Below are positions 25,308-27,981 of a stretch of DNA of 27,981 nt, in pieces; position 1 is the first letter of the stretch; every line of letters begins with the position of its first letter. Both the position numbers and the translations under genes were made by a program. Under the pieces are notes generated by a model, which was not told the DNA's origin, ran no database searches, and saw only the letters and a program-made list of their open reading frames with translations. Location: the NCBI GenBank assembly GCA_001577185.1, contig LSCM01000002.1:1-27981 (forward strand), read 5' to 3'. This DNA comes from Cloacimonetes bacterium TCS62. Its GTDB lineage: Bacteria; Cloacimonadota; Cloacimonadia; Cloacimonadales; TCS61.

Positions 25308-26284
25308 AGAATATTGAAATTTTAGATACGTTATCAGAAACTAGAGGTAAAATCGAAAAGGAGATCAAGAAAGTTATTATTGGGCAAGATGAAATAGTGG
25401 AACAGGTTTTGATTGCACTATTTGCTGATGGTCATTGTCTCATCGAAGGAGTTCCCGGATTAGCTAAAACATTAATGATATCAGCTTTGGCCAAAATACT
25501 CAACATGAAATTCAGTAGAATTCAATTTACACCTGATCTAATGCCTTCTGATATTACCGGGACTGATATTTTGGCAGAAAACAAGGCAGATGGTAAAAGA
25601 TACTTCGAATATATAAAAGGTCCTGTCTTTTCCAATATAATTTTAGCTGATGAGATCAATCGTACACCACCTAAAACTCAAGCAGCTTTGCTGCAAGCTA
25701 TGCAAGAAAGAGAGGTGACTGCAGGGAATAATACCTATAAATTGGATAAACCATTCTTGGTTTTAGCTACACAAAATCCAATTGAACAAGAGGGAACTTA
25801 TCCACTACCAGAAGCTCAATTAGATAGATTTATGTTTTACTTAAATATTAATTATCCCTCCCATGAGGAAGAGAAAGAAATAGTTAAGATAGATAAAAAA
25901 GCCTTTCATACATTACAACCTGTAATTGAGAAAAATTTAATTAATACTATACAAAAAACGATATCTGAAATACCGATAAGTGATCATGTGCTGGAGTTTG
26001 CTGTAAAACTTTCTAGAGCTACACGCCCTCAAGATCCACAATCCCCAGAATTTATAAAAAAATGGGTCAACTGGGGAGCTGGACCGCGAGCATCACAATT
26101 TCTTGCTATTGCTGCTAAAACTCGTGCTGCTCTTAATGGTAATCTTACACCTTCTATTGAAGATGTGAAGAAAGTAGCTGTGATCGTGTTACAGCATCGC
26201 ATTATTGTTTCTTTTGCAGCTGAAACGGAGGGATTATCTTCTAAAAATATCATTGACAAACTTATATCAATATTAAATAAATAA
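25304..26284 (+). CDS. MoxR-family AAA+ ATPase
   Basis: 326 aa. It has Walker A EGVPGLAKT, Walker B and sensor ILADEINRTPPKTQAALLQAMQEREVT, and VLATQNPIEQEGTYPLPEAQLDRF. Its start overlaps the upstream stop (ATGA). Confidence 0.92.
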   Translation: MKNIEILDTLSETRGKIEKEIKKVIIGQDEIVEQVLIALFADGHCLIEGVPGLAKTLMISALAKILNMKFSRIQFTPDLMPSDITGTDILAENKADGKRYFEYIKGPVFSNIILADEINRTPPKTQAALLQAMQEREVTAGNNTYKLDKPFLVLATQNPIEQEGTYPLPEAQLDRFMFYLNINYPSHEEEKEIVKIDKKAFHTLQPVIEKNLINTIQKTISEIPISDHVLEFAVKLSRATRPQDPQSPEFIKKWVNWGAGPRASQFLAIAAKTRAALNGNLTPSIEDVKKVAVIVLQHRIIVSFAAETEGLSSKNIIDKLISILNK

Positions 26285-26343
26285 AATATTTGCTATATCT
26301 CAAAATTTTAATATATTTTAGTTAATTAAATCAAGGAGTCAAT

Positions 26344-26799
26344 ATGAAAAATATCAAAGAGAAATACGCAGATTTAAGCTCAAAGATTTATAAAATGTGC
26401 AATAGAAAGCAACTCATAAGGAGACGATGTCTGAATTTAGGCAAAATGGAATGTAAAATGTTAGATTTCCTTCATTCTGTAGATAAGCCAATTTGCATGA
26501 ATGAATTATCTAAAGAAATGGAAGTTTCAAATAGCAGAATCACCCGCATTATTGATGCGTTAGTTGCAAAAGAATATGTTTATAGATTTCCTTCTAAAGA
26601 AGATAGAAGAAGCTGGCTGGTTAATATTACAGATAGCGGTAGAGAAATGCATGAAATTGTAAGTAAAGATTTTTTAGATCTGCAAGCAAAACTGATCGCA
26701 TCATTACCTGAACATAAAATAGAATCAATTCTAGAAGATTTAAATATTTATGTAAATGCGTATTTAAAAGCTATTAATGAGAGGGATAATGAGCAGTAA
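26344..26799 (+). CDS. MarR family transcriptional regulator
   Basis: 151 aa. It has a winged HTH (MNELSKEMEVSNSRITRIIDALVAKEYVYRFPSKEDRRSWLVNITDSG), an AAGGAG SD and several N-terminal cysteines. Confidence 0.85.
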   Translation: MKNIKEKYADLSSKIYKMCNRKQLIRRRCLNLGKMECKMLDFLHSVDKPICMNELSKEMEVSNSRITRIIDALVAKEYVYRFPSKEDRRSWLVNITDSGREMHEIVSKDFLDLQAKLIASLPEHKIESILEDLNIYVNAYLKAINERDNEQ

Positions 26800-27214
26800 A
26801 ACAGAAGTAAAATGGCTGGGTGATATGGCTTTTGATGTTGAATTGAACAATCATCATTTCACCATCGATGCTGACGAAAAAGTTGGAGGGCAAGATCAAG
26901 GACCACGTCCCAAAGGTCTTTTACTGAGTGGACTAGCTGGTTGTACAGGTATGGATGTAGTCTCTATTCTTAAAAAAATGAAAGTAAAGGATTACAAATT
27001 TACGATTGAAGTAGAGGGAAAATTAAAAAAGGAATTCCCAAAACCATATGAAAAAATTGTAACTCAATTTAATTTCAAAGGAAAAAATTTACCTAAGGAA
27101 AAGATCAAGAAAGCAGTAAAATTATCTGAGGAAAGATATTGTGGTGTTTCCGATATGCTTAAGAAAGCTGCTGAAATGAAAATCGAAATTAATATTAATG
27201 GAGAAAGAATATGA
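26789..27214 (+). CDS. OsmC family peroxiredoxin-like protein
   Basis: 141 aa counted from the ATG at 26789 (GAGGG SD at 26781-26785), overlapping the marR end by 11 nt. Both conserved Cys contexts are present: GLAGCTGMDV and EERYCGVSDML. Confidence 0.85.
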   Translation: MSSKTEVKWLGDMAFDVELNNHHFTIDADEKVGGQDQGPRPKGLLLSGLAGCTGMDVVSILKKMKVKDYKFTIEVEGKLKKEFPKPYEKIVTQFNFKGKNLPKEKIKKAVKLSEERYCGVSDMLKKAAEMKIEININGERI

Positions 27215-27684
27215 AAAAATTTGCAGTCGTACTTATAGTAACAATTGTGTCATTCTCAGTTGCATGTGGTCAAGATGAGGCTGTAAATAAAGAAAAGAAT
27301 TCCCCAATAAATTGGTTAATCAATCTTGAAGAAGCTCAAGAGATAGCTGAGACCGAAAATAAGCATGTATTTATCCACTTTACTGGCTCTGACTGGTGTG
27401 GATGGTGTATGAAGCTTAAAGATGAAATATATTCAAAACAACCTTTCATAGATTATGTCTCAGAAAATCTTGTTATGGTAAAGATAGATTTTCCCAAAAA
27501 GATCAAGCAGTCTGAGGAGATAAAACAATACAATAGATCATTAGCTCAGAAATATCAAATTCGGGGATTTCCTACTGTACTACTATTAAATCCAAATGGG
27601 GAAATCATTGGTAAAACTGGTTACCAAAGAGGTGGTTCAGAGAAATATGTTGAACATTTAAAAGAATTCATAAACAAGGAGTAG
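27211..27684 (+). CDS. Secreted/lipoprotein thioredoxin-fold protein (Thioredoxin_7-like, WCGWC active site)
   Basis: 157 aa. It has a signal peptide with a lipobox-like FSVAC|G, the redox motif HFTGSDWCGWCMKL and a cis-Pro region (IRGFPT). Its start overlaps the OsmC stop (ATGA). Confidence 0.8.
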   Translation: MKKFAVVLIVTIVSFSVACGQDEAVNKEKNSPINWLINLEEAQEIAETENKHVFIHFTGSDWCGWCMKLKDEIYSKQPFIDYVSENLVMVKIDFPKKIKQSEEIKQYNRSLAQKYQIRGFPTVLLLNPNGEIIGKTGYQRGGSEKYVEHLKEFINKE

Positions 27685-27687
27685 TAA

Positions 27688-27981
27688 ATGAGAAAGTTCT
27701 TTATTTTAGCAGTACTCACCATTAGTATTTGTTTGATAGCTATACCTGTAGAAGAGATGGAAAAAGTTGAGAATTTCAGAGTTAACAATCAATATGAACT
27801 TGAACTTGATGAATTACAGAAACTCAGTAGTGAATATCCGGATGATTTTGAACTTTATTGGAGAATGGCTAGAGCTAATTTTGATCTAGCAGATCAAAGT
27901 GAGGAAGAGGAGACGCAGAAAAAATTTTTCTATTCCGGATTTGAAGCAGCTAAAATTGCTCTTAAATTAAATCCTGAATCT
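27688..27981 (+). CDS. Hypothetical exported/anchored protein, possibly TPR-like (3' truncated by the window edge)
   Basis: The frame is open from the ATG at 27688 to the window end (98 codons): MRKFFILAVLTISICLIAIP... followed by helical repeat-like sequence (ELYWRMARANFDLAD.., AAKIALKLNPES). It is not in the track because it lacks a stop. Confidence 0.55.
   Translation, partial: MRKFFILAVLTISICLIAIPVEEMEKVENFRVNNQYELELDELQKLSSEYPDDFELYWRMARANFDLADQSEEEETQKKFFYSGFEAAKIALKLNPES

Noticed and set aside
26285-26343. Palindromic MarR operator upstream of marR
   Set aside because: Only AT-rich direct repeats (ATTTTA..ATTTTA) are seen there. No clear inverted repeat rises above what is expected in AT-rich DNA.

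Overview
This is an AT-rich bacterial chromosomal window. I saw no transposase, integrase, CRISPR array or tRNA. It opens inside an rRNA operon (the 3' ~1.6 kb of 23S, then 5S). In order, the rest contains: a minus-strand SWIM/SNF2 helicase plus yigZ pair; a CarboxypepD_reg-type TonB-dependent receptor; a hairpin-dense convergent intergenic region; a small membrane-anchored ORF and a T9SS-tailed secreted protein; a tightly packed + strand housekeeping run (rho, U32-family protein, TPR/SPOR protein, mutS, DUF523); and a minus-strand HU/IHF gene followed by a 31-codon hyperbasic ORF (bS22-like) that is absent from the ORF track. The most interesting part is an ~8.3 kb + strand gene string (17977-26284) with overlapping or near-abutting reading frames. 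Its core is a GGPP-type polyprenyl synthase, a UbiA-family DGGGP-synthase-like prenyltransferase and a GGGP synthase (PcrB family). Together these form the archaeal-type isoprenoid glycerol-ether lipid core, here in a clearly bacterial context (bacterial rRNA, rho, mutS, HU, SPOR, TonB, T9SS). Downstream, a PHP phosphoesterase is start/stop-coupled to the GGGP synthase gene, and five more tightly packed genes follow it: an SDR-fold protein, a methyltransferase-fold protein, a 65-aa membrane peptide, a UPF0104/MprF-flippase-like membrane protein and a MoxR AAA+ ATPase. A Gfo/Idh/MocA oxidoreductase leads the string. The canonical G1P dehydrogenase, CDP-archaeol synthase and geranylgeranyl reductase are not in the window. 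The window ends with a MarR / OsmC / secreted thioredoxin-like operon and a truncated ORF. The gene content (T9SS tail, CarboxypepD_reg receptor, strong Shine-Dalgarno use, GGGPS/DGGGPS) suggests an FCB-group bacterium, possibly Cloacimonadota-like. That placement is inference from reading the sequence, not a search result.
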